Part shown: positions 45,936 to 56,180 of the stretch, piece by piece
How the letters are laid out: every line of letters starts with the position of its first letter
Numbering within the stretch: the stretch's first letter is position 1
Origin: Desulfobia sp.
GTDB taxonomy: Bacteria; Desulfobacterota; Desulfobulbia; Desulfobulbales; SURF-16
Direction: 5' to 3'
Assembly (NCBI GenBank): GCA_046497465.1
Contig: JAWOFO010000016.1
Location: 8,711 to 72,710 of the forward strand
DNA: 64,000 nucleotides
Notes under the pieces: generated by a model
Told to the model about the DNA's origin: nothing
Databases searched by the model: none
Seen by the model: the letters and a program-made list of their open reading frames with translations, nothing else
Made by a program: the position numbers and the translations under genes

Positions 45936-47621
45936 ATGAAAAATAAAATTAACCAAGATCATAACTTAAATGATCTGCTGGATCTAAGTTGCCGCTATTT
46001 TGCCGATCGTCCCGCCCTAAGCATGGCCCTGGAATCTCCTATGACCTATAAAGATCTCCATAAAAGGGTTATAGAACTCGCAGCCATGCTTAGGGAAACA
46101 GGCATAAAAACAAATGATCGAATAGCCTTACTGGGCGAAAACTCTCCAAACTGGGTAATCAGCTATTTCGCCATAATCCGGACAGGAGCCATAGCCGTTC
46201 CTGTCCTCACCGATTTCCCTGATGCTGATGTACGGCATATCCTGACTGATACCAATGCCAAAATACTTTTTATCAGCAGCAGGCAGATGGAAAAAATTTT
46301 TGAGCTGGAAGATTGTAAAATAACAAAAATCATAATACTGGATGATTATCGAGCAGACAGGGAGCTTGACTCAACAGTGACTTTTACTGAGTTTATCAAG
46401 GAATCAGCAAAATTAAGCAATAAAAAATTCAGCAAATTGACTGAATTGGCGGCAAAAATTAACAAGGAATTTCCGGCCTCCATTATTTATACTTCCGGAA
46501 CTTCCGGGCATTCCAAGGGGGTACTGCTGAGCCACCATAATTTTTATGCCAATGTAAAGGCTGCTGATCAACTAATTGAACTCAATCCGGAATGGACCTT
46601 TCTCTCCCTGCTTCCAATCTCCCATGCCTATGAATTCACCGTGGGTCTTCTGTTGCCTATCTTGAATGGCTGCCGTATAGTATACGCCGGTAAACCTCCC
46701 ACCCCTTTAATCATGGAAAAAATCTGCCGGCAGGAAAAACCTGAGGCAATCTGTACTGTCCCCATGATTATAGAAAAAATATATAAGAAAAAAATCCTTA
46801 AAACAATTGAAAAAAATTATATCATAGGTCTCGCTGTAAATATTCCAGCTCTACGTAGAACTTTCTATAAAAAAATCAAAAAAAAACTGTTGGCCTTTTT
46901 CGGCGGAAATTTAAAAATACTTGCCATTGGTGGCGCCCCCCTTAACAGAGATACAGAAAAATTCCTCAAAGAGGCCGATCTGCCTTACCTGACCGGTTAT
47001 GGCCTGACAGAGTCTTCCCCGTTGCTGGCAGCAGGACCTTTCAAAGCCCCTGATATAAAAATCGGCTCCTGCGGCAGACCTCTGCCTGAAATGGAGATAA
47101 AAATAAAAAATCCCGATCCGTTAACCGGCATAGGCGAGATTATCGCCAGGGGTCCCAGTATAATGCAGGGTTACTACAATAACCCTGAATTGACTGCTGA
47201 GACCATTGATCCTTCAGGCTGGCTTAACACAGGGGATCTTGGCAAGTTTGACAGCCAAGGCAATCTACATATAAAAGGGCGCCGCAAAAACATGATCGTT
47301 CTGGCCAACGGAGAAAATATATATCCTGAAGCTATAGAGAGCAAAATAAATGCCAAAATCTACATTGCCGAATCGCTGGTTAAAAAAAATAACGGCAAAC
47401 TGGAGGCAAGAGTATACCTTGACTATAGCCTGATAGACCAGGAAACCCCCGGCCAGAGCCGGAAGCAAAGAAAAGAGTATATAGACCGAATCCTGGCAGA
47501 ACTTAAAGACAGTATCAATCAGAAGTTACCGCCATATTCCCGGATCTATAAAATTATTGAACGTCAGGAGCCTTTTATAAAAACAGCCACCAAAAAAATT
47601 AAGAGATACCTGTATACATGA
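45936..47621 (+). CDS. fadD: Long-chain-fatty-acid--CoA ligase (AMP-dependent synthetase)
   Basis: The AMP-binding motif is IIYTSGTSGHSKGV, followed by GYGLTES, TGDLG and a C-terminal KTATKKIKR. Confidence 0.85.
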   Translation: MKNKINQDHNLNDLLDLSCRYFADRPALSMALESPMTYKDLHKRVIELAAMLRETGIKTNDRIALLGENSPNWVISYFAIIRTGAIAVPVLTDFPDADVRHILTDTNAKILFISSRQMEKIFELEDCKITKIIILDDYRADRELDSTVTFTEFIKESAKLSNKKFSKLTELAAKINKEFPASIIYTSGTSGHSKGVLLSHHNFYANVKAADQLIELNPEWTFLSLLPISHAYEFTVGLLLPILNGCRIVYAGKPPTPLIMEKICRQEKPEAICTVPMIIEKIYKKKILKTIEKNYIIGLAVNIPALRRTFYKKIKKKLLAFFGGNLKILAIGGAPLNRDTEKFLKEADLPYLTGYGLTESSPLLAAGPFKAPDIKIGSCGRPLPEMEIKIKNPDPLTGIGEIIARGPSIMQGYYNNPELTAETIDPSGWLNTGDLGKFDSQGNLHIKGRRKNMIVLANGENIYPEAIESKINAKIYIAESLVKKNNGKLEARVYLDYSLIDQETPGQSRKQRKEYIDRILAELKDSINQKLPPYSRIYKIIERQEPFIKTATKKIKRYLYT

Positions 47622-47703
47622 AATTCGGATTTTAAAATTTTGAAAAAAATTTGGACTTCAGCATACCTCGAATCTTAAAGGCTCAAACAAGAGGAGACAT
47701 AAA

Positions 47704-48927
47704 ATGAAAAGAAAAATCTTATGCCTAACCATAATTTGTTTACTGGCTGCAAATCAGGCCCGGGGCTCTGGTTTCCGGATTCCGGAACAATCTGTCAACT
47801 CCGTTGGCATGGCAGGCGGATATATCGCCAATGCCCACGGCCCGGACGCAAGTTACTTCAACCCCGCCAACATGGCCTGGAACAAAAACAACTGGCAAAT
47901 CGAGACCAGCCTGAACTATATTAATCTGCCGGCAATAGATTACAGGGACTACCGGGCTCAAGAATATAACGGCTCCTCGGAAAGCGAAAACTTTCTGGTC
48001 CCCTTGATTCATCTTGTTTCCAAAGACATAAACAGCTTCCGTTTCGGTTTCTCCCTGACCTCCCCCTTTGGTCTCAGTAAAAGGTGGGGGGATCCTTTTC
48101 CGGCAGCCACAGCCCGAAAATTCGAACTGGAGGTATACGAGGGTAATCCCTCTCTCTCCTATAAATTCAATGATCACTTTGCCGTTGCTGCCGGGATACG
48201 ATTTATTTATGCAAAAGGAGAAATTAAAAACAGTTCCTCACTGTTCCGCCGCGATATGGAAGGGGATACAACCGAATGGGGCTACAACCTTGCCCTGTCA
48301 TATCGCCCTATGAAAACCTGGAATATCTCGGCAACTTACCGAAGTCAAGTAGACCTGGAAATGGAGGGAGACGCTTCCCTTATTGCCCGCCACCCATTAG
48401 AAGGAACCCTGGCCAGTTATAACGGTGGCAGCAGGGTCGAGGTAGTCACTCCGGCAGTCTACACCCTCAGCACCTCCATTACTTTAAAACAGGCTACCAT
48501 GACCCTGACCTGGGACCGCACCTTCTGGTCAGATTACGAACAACTGGATTTCAACTATGATAAATCTTTTATCAACCACCCTTACTTCCACAATTTTGAT
48601 GCCCCGGTTGCCAAAAATTGGGAAAACACAGACGCCTTCAGAATAGCCTTCAGCTATAAGAATACAGAAAGGCTTACAACAATGATGGGAATTGCCTTTG
48701 ATGAAGAACCGATTCCGGAAGCTACCCTGGACTTTGAACTGCCTGATTCCGACTCCGTTATATACTCTATCGGCTTCCGTTACCGGACCTCGGACAATAT
48801 GGAAATAGGCTTTGCCTATCTTTATGACGACAAGGAGGAAAGGAGTGTAGACAATAGCCGCTTAAACGGTAAATTTGACAGGGGTGGAGCCCATATAGTC
48901 AACACCGGACTCATTTATGCTTTTTAA
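47704..48927 (+). CDS. fadL: Outer-membrane long-chain fatty acid/hydrophobic compound transporter (FadL/OMPP1 family)
   Basis: It has a signal peptide, the N-terminal motif GSGFRIPEQS, beta-barrel periodicity and a terminal aromatic residue (YAF). Confidence 0.85.
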   Translation: MKRKILCLTIICLLAANQARGSGFRIPEQSVNSVGMAGGYIANAHGPDASYFNPANMAWNKNNWQIETSLNYINLPAIDYRDYRAQEYNGSSESENFLVPLIHLVSKDINSFRFGFSLTSPFGLSKRWGDPFPAATARKFELEVYEGNPSLSYKFNDHFAVAAGIRFIYAKGEIKNSSSLFRRDMEGDTTEWGYNLALSYRPMKTWNISATYRSQVDLEMEGDASLIARHPLEGTLASYNGGSRVEVVTPAVYTLSTSITLKQATMTLTWDRTFWSDYEQLDFNYDKSFINHPYFHNFDAPVAKNWENTDAFRIAFSYKNTERLTTMMGIAFDEEPIPEATLDFELPDSDSVIYSIGFRYRTSDNMEIGFAYLYDDKEERSVDNSRLNGKFDRGGAHIVNTGLIYAF

Positions 48928-48973
48928 AATCGTAAAATTCTCAATAGATCCCGGCAAAATTGGAAATCAATAA

Positions 48974-49125
48974 TTCAACTTTACGGATTGATTTATCTAG
49001 TATGATATAACCTGCAATTTTTTTGTGAGGCAAGGGTACTTAACGGTTGGTATGTTTATTCAGGAACGGCTTCTTGTTTGAGTGTTCTCAAGGCTCGCTT
49101 ACGCAGGGGAAGCTCAAGTAACAAG
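48974..49125 (+). mobile_element. MITE-like element copy d, immediately upstream of the TraB-family gene (far end degenerate, boundary approximate)
   Basis: It reads TTCAACTTTACGGATTGATTTATCTAGTATGATATAACCTGCAATTTTTTTGTGAGGCAAGGGTACTTAACGGTTGGTATGTTTATTCAGGAACGGCTTCTTGTTTGAGTGTTCTCAAGGCTCGCTT... Confidence 0.7.
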
Positions 49126-49156
49126 GACTTACAAAAAATTCAGTCAATTCAAATTC

Positions 49157-50332
49157 ATGACAACAGAAAATACCAGTGTCCGCCGACTGGAAAATAACAA
49201 CCGGGAAATCATCCTGATAGGTACCGCCCATGTCTCCCGGAAATCCGTTGATCTGGTACATCAACTTATAGAAAAAGAACGACCGGACTCGGTCTGTGTT
49301 GAACTTGACCGTAAAAGATACGAGGCACTTGCCGACGACAAACGCTGGAAAGACCTTGATCTGAAAAAAATTATCAAAAAAAAGCAACTCTCCACCCTGA
49401 TGATTAATCTGGTCCTGGCCGCCTACCAGAAAAAACTGGGGGATAAATTAGGGGTCAAACCGGGTGCTGAACTGCTGGAGGCCACCCGATATGCTCATAA
49501 TCTGGATATTCCAGTTGAACTGTGTGACCGGGATGTCCGGGTGACAATGCGAAGGGCCTGGAAAGGCATATCATTTTTCCGCAAAGGTTACATGCTTGCC
49601 AGTCTCATAGCAAGCCTGTTCCATGAAACCAAGATAACAGAAGAAGATCTTGAATCCCTGAAAGAAACAGACGCCCTTTCCGAGCTGATGGCCGAACTGG
49701 GAAAGGCCATGCCGGAATTGAAACAGGTCCTGATAGACGAAAGAGATACCTATCTCTCAGAAAAGATAAAGGCCGGTCAGGGCCGGAAAACCATAGCAGT
49801 AGTGGGGGCAGGTCATCTCCAGGGCATAGTGGATGCTATCGCCTGCGACCGCAGTGACCAAATGGAGGAGATCAGCACAATTCCTCCGGTGTCACCCGCC
49901 TGGAAAATCGCGGGCTGGCTTATCCCTGTACTGATAATCAGCTCGCTCTGTCTCATTGGTTTTAGCAAAGGAATAGACGTGGCTGGAGATAATCTGATCT
50001 TCTGGATCCTGGCCAACGGAATACCTTCTTCACTGGGAGCAATGGCAGGCTTTGCCCATCCACTCACAGTCCTTTCAGCCTTTATAGGAGCCCCCATAAC
50101 CAGTCTCACTCCGGTGATAGGGGCTGGTTACCTTTGCGCCTTTGTCCAGGCCATGGTCCAGCCTCCTGTGGTTCACGAATTTGAGACCGTTCTTGAAGAT
50201 ATGGTAAAATGGCGAAGCTGGTGGAACAACAAACTGTTAAAAATATTTCTGGCCTTTATGCTGTCGGGCTTTGGCAGTATGATAGGCACCTGGATAGGAG
50301 GTTATGAAATTATTTCAACGCTGGTTGGCTAA
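49157..50332 (+). CDS. TraB/GumN-family protein with C-terminal TM segments
   Basis: REIILIGTAHVS, VCVELD and AVVGAGH are present. The start was set at MTTENTS, because the upstream extension in the track (49082) is MITE sequence. Confidence 0.8.
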   Translation: MTTENTSVRRLENNNREIILIGTAHVSRKSVDLVHQLIEKERPDSVCVELDRKRYEALADDKRWKDLDLKKIIKKKQLSTLMINLVLAAYQKKLGDKLGVKPGAELLEATRYAHNLDIPVELCDRDVRVTMRRAWKGISFFRKGYMLASLIASLFHETKITEEDLESLKETDALSELMAELGKAMPELKQVLIDERDTYLSEKIKAGQGRKTIAVVGAGHLQGIVDAIACDRSDQMEEISTIPPVSPAWKIAGWLIPVLIISSLCLIGFSKGIDVAGDNLIFWILANGIPSSLGAMAGFAHPLTVLSAFIGAPITSLTPVIGAGYLCAFVQAMVQPPVVHEFETVLEDMVKWRSWWNNKLLKIFLAFMLSGFGSMIGTWIGGYEIISTLVG

Positions 50333-50559
50333 CTCCTGATCCTGTAAAATCTGTAAAAACAGTTAAGGCCTTGTTATTAACCGTTTACTCACGGGTGATC
50401 CGAAAAAACTGGCCGCAAACGGCTCTAAGCTGGTGGTGAAAACTGGCATTCACAGTATGGCAAAACGGGCTACAGGCTAAATCATACAGGACCCGGAAAC
50501 CGTAGAGGCAAGGCACATAGGCCTGCCCCTACTTAACTGACTTCTTATTTATAGCTTTC

Positions 50560-50997
50560 TCATCTATTAGGATTAAAAACAAGAACAGGACAAGGGGCCC
50601 TTTTTATAACTCTTTCTGCCACGCTTCCCAGAAATATCTTCTCTATTCCTTTATAACCATGAGTGCCGATGATAATCATGTCGTAAGAACCCTCTTGGGC
50701 GGCCTTAACAATTTCTTCCACAGTATCACCCACTATAACCTTGGCCTCATCACAGACTTTACAAAACTTCTTATGTTCTTCAATGTACTCGTTTGCCTTT
50801 TTTTCCATCCTATCCCTGACATCACGCAGAACGCTGTCCTGCACCGAGAAGCCATGATGAAAGCCGGTATCATCTACCACGTTCATAAACGTCAGCGCTG
50901 CCCCCATCTCATGAGCCTTCTCACAGGCAAAGTCCGCAACTTTCTCGGCATTGGAAGAAAAATCAATAGGGGCAAGTATCTTCTTAATTTCACTCAT
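50560..50997 (-). CDS. Universal stress protein (UspA family)
   Basis: KKILAPIDFS and IIIGTHGYKGIEKIFLGSVAERVIKRAPCPVLV are present. Confidence 0.85.
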   Translation of the reverse strand: MSEIKKILAPIDFSSNAEKVADFACEKAHEMGAALTFMNVVDDTGFHHGFSVQDSVLRDVRDRMEKKANEYIEEHKKFCKVCDEAKVIVGDTVEEIVKAAQEGSYDMIIIGTHGYKGIEKIFLGSVAERVIKRAPCPVLVFNPNR

Positions 50998-51261
50998 GGG
51001 ACATCCTCCTATTTTGACTTGAATATTTAACTTTTAAGTTTTAAATTTTATTGTTTTGATCTCCACAGCCTCTCTGATTCTATAAAGCGGGACCCAGCGA
51101 AAAGTACGCGCTCAATACAAATACAATTAAATTAAACTTAAGTAAAATTTGACAACAGACAGCAAAAAGTATCTAGATTACGACACCCGCTGATATAATA
51201 GCAAACTTGACTTATAATATCAAAAAATTTAAAAAAATCATAATAAAGCTGTAAAACAATC

Positions 51262-51993
51262 ATGACCAGAGACAATATATTTCAGGCAAACAATCCGCCT
51301 GCTGAATTTTCCTTTGACAGCAGAATAGCAGAAGTCTTTGACGATATGCTGACTAGGTCAATCCCCTATTATCATTCACTGATAAAGATGTCAATCAGCC
51401 TTTTGAACAGATTCTGCCGAGATAGTGACAGAATATACGACCTGGGCTGTTCCACCGGTATAACCCTCATAGAGATTGCCGGAAAAATTGTCCACCGAGA
51501 TATAGAACTTATAGGTATAGATGCATCTCAAGCCATGATCGATAAGGCCCAACTCAAACAGGAGATGTTTTCTTCCCGGAACAACATCTACTGGTACAGA
51601 CAGGACATAGCAGAAGCAGAACTTAGAGAATGCGGGGCTGTCCTGGTTAACTATACCCTGCAGTTTCTGACACCTGATACCAGAACAGACCTCCTCAAAA
51701 AAATTTTCCAGGCCCTGAGGCCGGGTGGCATTCTTATCCTCAGTGAAAAAACAACCTCTTCCCACTCTACTATAAAAAAATCATATGAAGATATTTACCA
51801 GGATTTCAAAAAGAAGCAGGGCTATTCAGAGACAGAGATAGCCAGAAAAAGAAAGGCCCTGGAAAATATCCTTATTCCCTTTACAATCCAGGATAACCTT
51901 CTTCTCATGAAAAAATCAGGCTTTTCTCATGTGGAGAGCTTCTTCCAGTGGTTCAACTTTACCGCCTTCCTCGGTCTAAAGGAAATCCCATGA
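51262..51993 (+). CDS. cmoA: Carboxy-S-adenosyl-L-methionine synthase
   Basis: FSFDSRIAEVFDDMLTRSIPYY and YDLGCSTG are present, and the gene is coupled to cmoB by an ATGA overlap. Confidence 0.85.
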   Translation: MTRDNIFQANNPPAEFSFDSRIAEVFDDMLTRSIPYYHSLIKMSISLLNRFCRDSDRIYDLGCSTGITLIEIAGKIVHRDIELIGIDASQAMIDKAQLKQEMFSSRNNIYWYRQDIAEAELRECGAVLVNYTLQFLTPDTRTDLLKKIFQALRPGGILILSEKTTSSHSTIKKSYEDIYQDFKKKQGYSETEIARKRKALENILIPFTIQDNLLLMKKSGFSHVESFFQWFNFTAFLGLKEIP

Positions 51994-52949
51994 AAGACTA
52001 TCTTGAATTACTACCCGAGGCCGACCACCAGACAATACTAAAACAAAGACAGGAAAACGACAAACTTCTTTCCAGCGACAAAAAAGGTGTACTGACCTAT
52101 CGCCGGCTCTGGGAGTCAATAGCCCACTTAAGGGCCGGACACCTGGATACAAAGGGAGATAAAGTCGTAGTAGGTGATATCAATGAGATCTCTCCTGAAG
52201 ACCATCAACTTCTATATCAGGTCCTTCGTAAACTTATGCCCTGGCGCAAAGGTCCTTACCAAATTTTCGGGATCGATATTGATGCGGAATGGCAGAGTAA
52301 CCGGAAATGGGACCGTATTCTTCCTCTTCTGCCTGACTTAAAGAATAAAATAGTTGCCGATATAGGCTGCAGTAACGGCTATTACATGTTCCGCATGTCT
52401 CATTACCGGCCCCGGACAGTAATAGGTTTTGAACCTTACCTGCACCACTACTTTACTTTCCGAATCCTGAACAGCCTTGCCGCTCTGAAAACACTGCAGG
52501 CAGAACTCTTGGGGGTTGAACACCTTGATCTTTATAAAAACAGTTTTGATGTCATCTTCCTGATGGGAGTGATCTATCACCGCGTTTCACCTCTGGAATC
52601 ACTGCAGGAAGTATATAAAAGCCTGAAGCCGGAAGGAATTCTTATTCTGGAATCGCAGGCAATCCCCGGTGAGGATCCGGTAGCTCTTTTCCCGGCAAAA
52701 AGGTATGCCAAGGTTCCGGGCACCTACTTTGTCCCCACCGCCGCCTGCCTGCAAAACTGGCTCACCAGGGCGGGCTTCTCTGTTGTTAAGACATTTTGTT
52801 GCCACCCCATGAGCAAAGAGGAACAGAGGACTACAGAATGGATGACTTTTGAATCATTCCAGGATTTCATGGATAAAAATAATCCCGGACTGACTGTCGA
52901 AGGTTATCCTGCTCCCTGGCGCGTCTTTTTGAAAGCCAGCAAATACTGA
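51990..52949 (+). CDS. cmoB: tRNA U34 carboxymethyltransferase
   Basis: LMPWRKGPYQIFGIDIDAEWQSNRKWDRILP and DIGCSNGYY are present. The start was set at MKDYLELL; the track start is 51948. Confidence 0.85.
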   Translation: MKDYLELLPEADHQTILKQRQENDKLLSSDKKGVLTYRRLWESIAHLRAGHLDTKGDKVVVGDINEISPEDHQLLYQVLRKLMPWRKGPYQIFGIDIDAEWQSNRKWDRILPLLPDLKNKIVADIGCSNGYYMFRMSHYRPRTVIGFEPYLHHYFTFRILNSLAALKTLQAELLGVEHLDLYKNSFDVIFLMGVIYHRVSPLESLQEVYKSLKPEGILILESQAIPGEDPVALFPAKRYAKVPGTYFVPTAACLQNWLTRAGFSVVKTFCCHPMSKEEQRTTEWMTFESFQDFMDKNNPGLTVEGYPAPWRVFLKASKY

Positions 52950-52998
52950 GTTTAAAATGCCTAATCTGTTCACCTGCATTCCAAGACTAAATATATAA

Positions 52999-53382
52999 TT
53001 ATTCTTTTGCCGAATTAAGGGAAATACTTTCAACAATCCTGGTGTGGTAGTCAGTCTGGAGTTCAATATTGATCGGTTTGCCTCTTCTTGCCTCGATTTT
53101 GGCCAACAGTACACTCAACTTCCTCATCTGCTTAACTCTTACATGCTCATCGTCGGTACTGTTTATCAGTTCTTCCAGCCTCTTTACCTCCTTTTTATCC
53201 TCCAGTTCAGGAGGCAAGTAGCCAGCATTTTTGAGCACCTTGTAGGCCATTTTGAACTCGGCAGGTACTGCACTGTCATCATCTTTGGGCAGGGGTTTGT
53301 CCTTCCACCTGCTGAAATCAAGCGTGCCATTATCTATGGCCTTGCTGATCCGCTGTTCTGCTATACGAATAAAAGAATACAT
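52999..53382 (-). CDS. DUF1992 (DnaJC28 C-terminal-like) protein
   Basis: AEQRISKAIDNGTLD...GKPLP... and LKNAGYLPPELE are family-typical. Confidence 0.7.
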   Translation of the reverse strand: MYSFIRIAEQRISKAIDNGTLDFSRWKDKPLPKDDDSAVPAEFKMAYKVLKNAGYLPPELEDKKEVKRLEELINSTDDEHVRVKQMRKLSVLLAKIEARRGKPINIELQTDYHTRIVESISLNSAKE

Positions 53383-53453
53383 TTTTACTTAAAGTCTCTC
53401 AGGGGTTATTGGTTTATATATAAACTTTCTACCGGATCTTTGCTTTTTAATTC

Positions 53454-54068
53454 TTACTCTTCAATTTTTCCGTATAACTGCCCTGTATTAATAATTCGGG
53501 CACCTGCCTCTTCCATCTGGTTAAATGCCTTTTCACCGTCATCCGGTTTAAGATTCACCGGGCGGGTCCCGTCCTGCAGGACAAAAACCTTATAGCCCAG
53601 GCGGCAGGCATCCAGCACTGTACTCTTTACACAAACGTCTTGGGCCAATCCTCCTACAAACAGACGCCCCACCTGCAGGTTGCAGAGCTGAGAGTCCAGA
53701 TCTGTACCCTCAAATCCCGAATAATTATCCTGCCCCTGATTTGTTCCCTTGGAGACAATGCGGGCCTGACAAGGAATTTTGAGATCGCTGGCAAAAAATG
53801 CTCCCTTGGTCTCCTGAACACAGTGCTGCGGCCAGGGACCGCCCTGCGCCATAAAAGAAACATGGCCAGCCGGATGCCAGTCACGGGTGGCAAATATTGG
53901 CAATTTTTTCTCAGTAAAAAGAAAAATCACCTTATTAAGAGGACCTATGACCTGCTCTCCCCGAGGCACAGCCAAGCTGCCTCCCGGCAGAAAGTCATTC
54001 TGCAGATCCACAATAATTAAAGCATCACCGGTCTGCAGGGTTATTTTCAGACTCGCATCATCAGTCAT
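53454..54068 (-). CDS. pncA: Nicotinamidase/pyrazinamidase (isochorismatase family)
   Basis: ALIIVDLQNDF, ATRDWHP and GGLAQDVCV (catalytic Cys) are present. Confidence 0.8.
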   Translation of the reverse strand: MTDDASLKITLQTGDALIIVDLQNDFLPGGSLAVPRGEQVIGPLNKVIFLFTEKKLPIFATRDWHPAGHVSFMAQGGPWPQHCVQETKGAFFASDLKIPCQARIVSKGTNQGQDNYSGFEGTDLDSQLCNLQVGRLFVGGLAQDVCVKSTVLDACRLGYKVFVLQDGTRPVNLKPDDGEKAFNQMEEAGARIINTGQLYGKIEE

Positions 54069-54176
54069 AATTGCCTCCCGATATTTTATCGTTACTGCCT
54101 GTTCTCTGCAATCTCTGCGCCTTAGTCCTAGTCAGTTCCGATAACCTCACAAAAAACCTTAGCTCTGCTTCCAAGG

Positions 54177-55199
54177 TTATAGGTTCACCGGGCGCACCAA
54201 AATCAGATCCCTGGCCTGTTCCCGGCTATACTCAATCTGTACATCTCTTAACAAGCCCAATTCCTCGAGACGCTTCAGATTACAGTTCTTTTGCCCCCGG
54301 AAAACCGATTCATCCCGGACCGACAGGCTTATAACAGCAGGCCTCTCAATCCGGACAAGAAGCCTTCTTATTCTGTGAAAAAATATACGAGACTTAACCA
54401 GTTCGCCAAAGGCCGGATGATAGGGACCGGCCAGAAGCCCATTTTCCAGAGAAGAAGAAGGATGCAGGCCCATACGAATAACCGGGATGCCCAGCCGGTC
54501 GAAAAGTCCCTTTATTTTAACAGAAAAAGCCAGAGCTTTATTAAATGGCAAGGGGCTGAACCTTTCCTTGCGATAAAGTCTGGCCAGTGGACTTCCTTTA
54601 AGGACCAGGGCAGGATAAATCCTAACCATATCAGGGGCAAGATCCGCTAGCCTAAGGCAGCTTTTCATAATTCGACGGTAATTGTCTCCAGGCAAGCCGA
54701 TCATCAATTGCCCCCCGGTTTTAAACCCTTCCTTCTGCAGGACATCAAAAGCCTCCTCTACTTGCTGCCTCGTATGTCCCCTGCCGCTCATAACAAGCAC
54801 CTCATGATCGAGAGACTGGACCCCTAGTTCCACCGTTGCAACCCCATAGGAACGTAAAAAAGCTGCCCGTCTCCTGTCAATATAATCAGGCCTGGTAGAA
54901 AGCCTGATGGATTTAACCAGTCCTGCTGCCAAAAAGGGCTGTACAGCACCCAAAATCTCTTCCTGAACCTCTTCAGGGATACCGGTAAAACTTCCACCAT
55001 AAAAAGCAACTTCTACCTCTTTTCTCTGATTATCAAGCTCCGAAAGCCTTTGGCCAAGAATTTCCCTTACAGTATACCCGCTTATAAGGCCTTTTTCTTC
55101 TCCGGTAATAGCCTCCTGATTACAGAAAACACATTGATGGGGACAGCCCTGATGGGAAATAAAGAAAGGAATAATATAAGGAGCCCCTGTAGACATCAC
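54177..55199 (-). CDS. Radical SAM protein (ELP3-like family), translationally coupled to rnc
   Basis: The CPHQCVFCNQ motif lies near the N-terminus. The start overlaps the rnc stop by 4 nt. Confidence 0.8.
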   Translation of the reverse strand: MMSTGAPYIIPFFISHQGCPHQCVFCNQEAITGEEKGLISGYTVREILGQRLSELDNQRKEVEVAFYGGSFTGIPEEVQEEILGAVQPFLAAGLVKSIRLSTRPDYIDRRRAAFLRSYGVATVELGVQSLDHEVLVMSGRGHTRQQVEEAFDVLQKEGFKTGGQLMIGLPGDNYRRIMKSCLRLADLAPDMVRIYPALVLKGSPLARLYRKERFSPLPFNKALAFSVKIKGLFDRLGIPVIRMGLHPSSSLENGLLAGPYHPAFGELVKSRIFFHRIRRLLVRIERPAVISLSVRDESVFRGQKNCNLKRLEELGLLRDVQIEYSREQARDLILVRPVNL

Positions 55200-55930
55200 T
55201 GTTTATCCAGATTTTTAAACTCCCTGATGGCAGTAGCGGCAGCCAGTTGCTCAGCCTCCTTTTTACTTGTGGAGCTGCCCTGTCCCAGGACTTTCCCCCT
55301 GAACCGCACCGAGACATGAAATACTTTAGCATGATCAGGACCTTCCTGCCAATCCAGAGTATAGTAAGGAGGCTCACTGTATCTTTCCTGAAGCAATTCC
55401 TGCAGTCCGCTCTTGGCATCCAGAGACAGCATTAATTCTTTATTCCTGGAAATCCAAGGAGCAAATAGAGAGTTCACCACAGAAAAAGCCGCCTCATAAC
55501 CACCATCAACAAACACAGCTCCTATTACTGCCTCAAGAGCACAGGAAAGTATGGAAGGTTTCTCTCTGCCCAAGGATGCCTCTTCGCCTTTACCCAGAAA
55601 AAGGTAATTCCCAAGATCAATCTCCCGGGCCATGACAGCAAGATGGCTCTCTTTTACCAGTGCCGCCCTGAACCTGCTCAGTTCACCCTCCTTTACTTCC
55701 GGGTAACACTGGTAGAGCAGATAGCCGATTACAAGATCCAGAACAGCATCCCCTAAAAATTCCAACCTCTCGTTATTTTCAGGACAATCCTGCCCCTGCT
55801 CAAAAGAATAAGAACTATGAATGAAAGCAATCTGCAGTAAGAACCTGTCCTGAAAAAAATGGCCCAATTCCCTTTCAAAAGAAGCAAGGTTCTCTTTATT
55901 GGTTTTTAATAATAATTCCAAGGTAGCCAT
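55196..55930 (-). CDS. rnc: Ribonuclease III
   Basis: The signature NERLEFLGDAVL is present, with a C-terminal dsRBD (GPDHAKVF...GSSTSKKEAEQLAA). Confidence 0.95.
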   Translation of the reverse strand: MATLELLLKTNKENLASFERELGHFFQDRFLLQIAFIHSSYSFEQGQDCPENNERLEFLGDAVLDLVIGYLLYQCYPEVKEGELSRFRAALVKESHLAVMAREIDLGNYLFLGKGEEASLGREKPSILSCALEAVIGAVFVDGGYEAAFSVVNSLFAPWISRNKELMLSLDAKSGLQELLQERYSEPPYYTLDWQEGPDHAKVFHVSVRFRGKVLGQGSSTSKKEAEQLAAATAIREFKNLDKQ

Positions 55931-56104
55931 AATTTTATTAAAATAAGAAATAAAGTAAAGACATAATAACAGGGTACCACTTCTGCAACAATATCAAGGC
56001 AGTGCTATTTCAAAAACCAAATATACATCAATTTTCTCTTGTCAAAAGATATTGTTAAGATTATCTTGATTGGTTTATTGAATAGTTATGCTTGCAAAAA
56101 CTAG

Positions 56105-56180
56105 GGCGGCGTAGCCAAGTGGCTAAGGCAGTGGTCTGCAAAACCATTATACGCCGGTTCGAATCCGGCCGCCGCCTCCA
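56105..56180 (+). tRNA. tRNA-Cys (GCA), CCA encoded
   Basis: A manual cloverleaf was drawn. The acceptor stem is GGCGGCG/CGCCGCC and the anticodon stem GTGGT/ACCAT. The anticodon loop is CTGCAAA, the T arm is GCCGG-TTCGAAT-CCGGC, the discriminator is T and CCA follows. Confidence 0.9.

Noticed and set aside
49082-49156. The N-terminal extension of the TraB-family ORF in the track (MFSRLAYAGEAQVTRTYKKFSQFKF)
   Set aside because: These codons are MITE copy d sequence. The conserved TraB N-terminus (REIILIGTAHVS) follows the internal ATG at 49157.
53044-53595. A 183-aa plus-strand ORF crossing the DUF1992 and pncA genes
   Set aside because: It runs antisense through two well-supported genes and the intergenic spacer, so it is a shadow frame.
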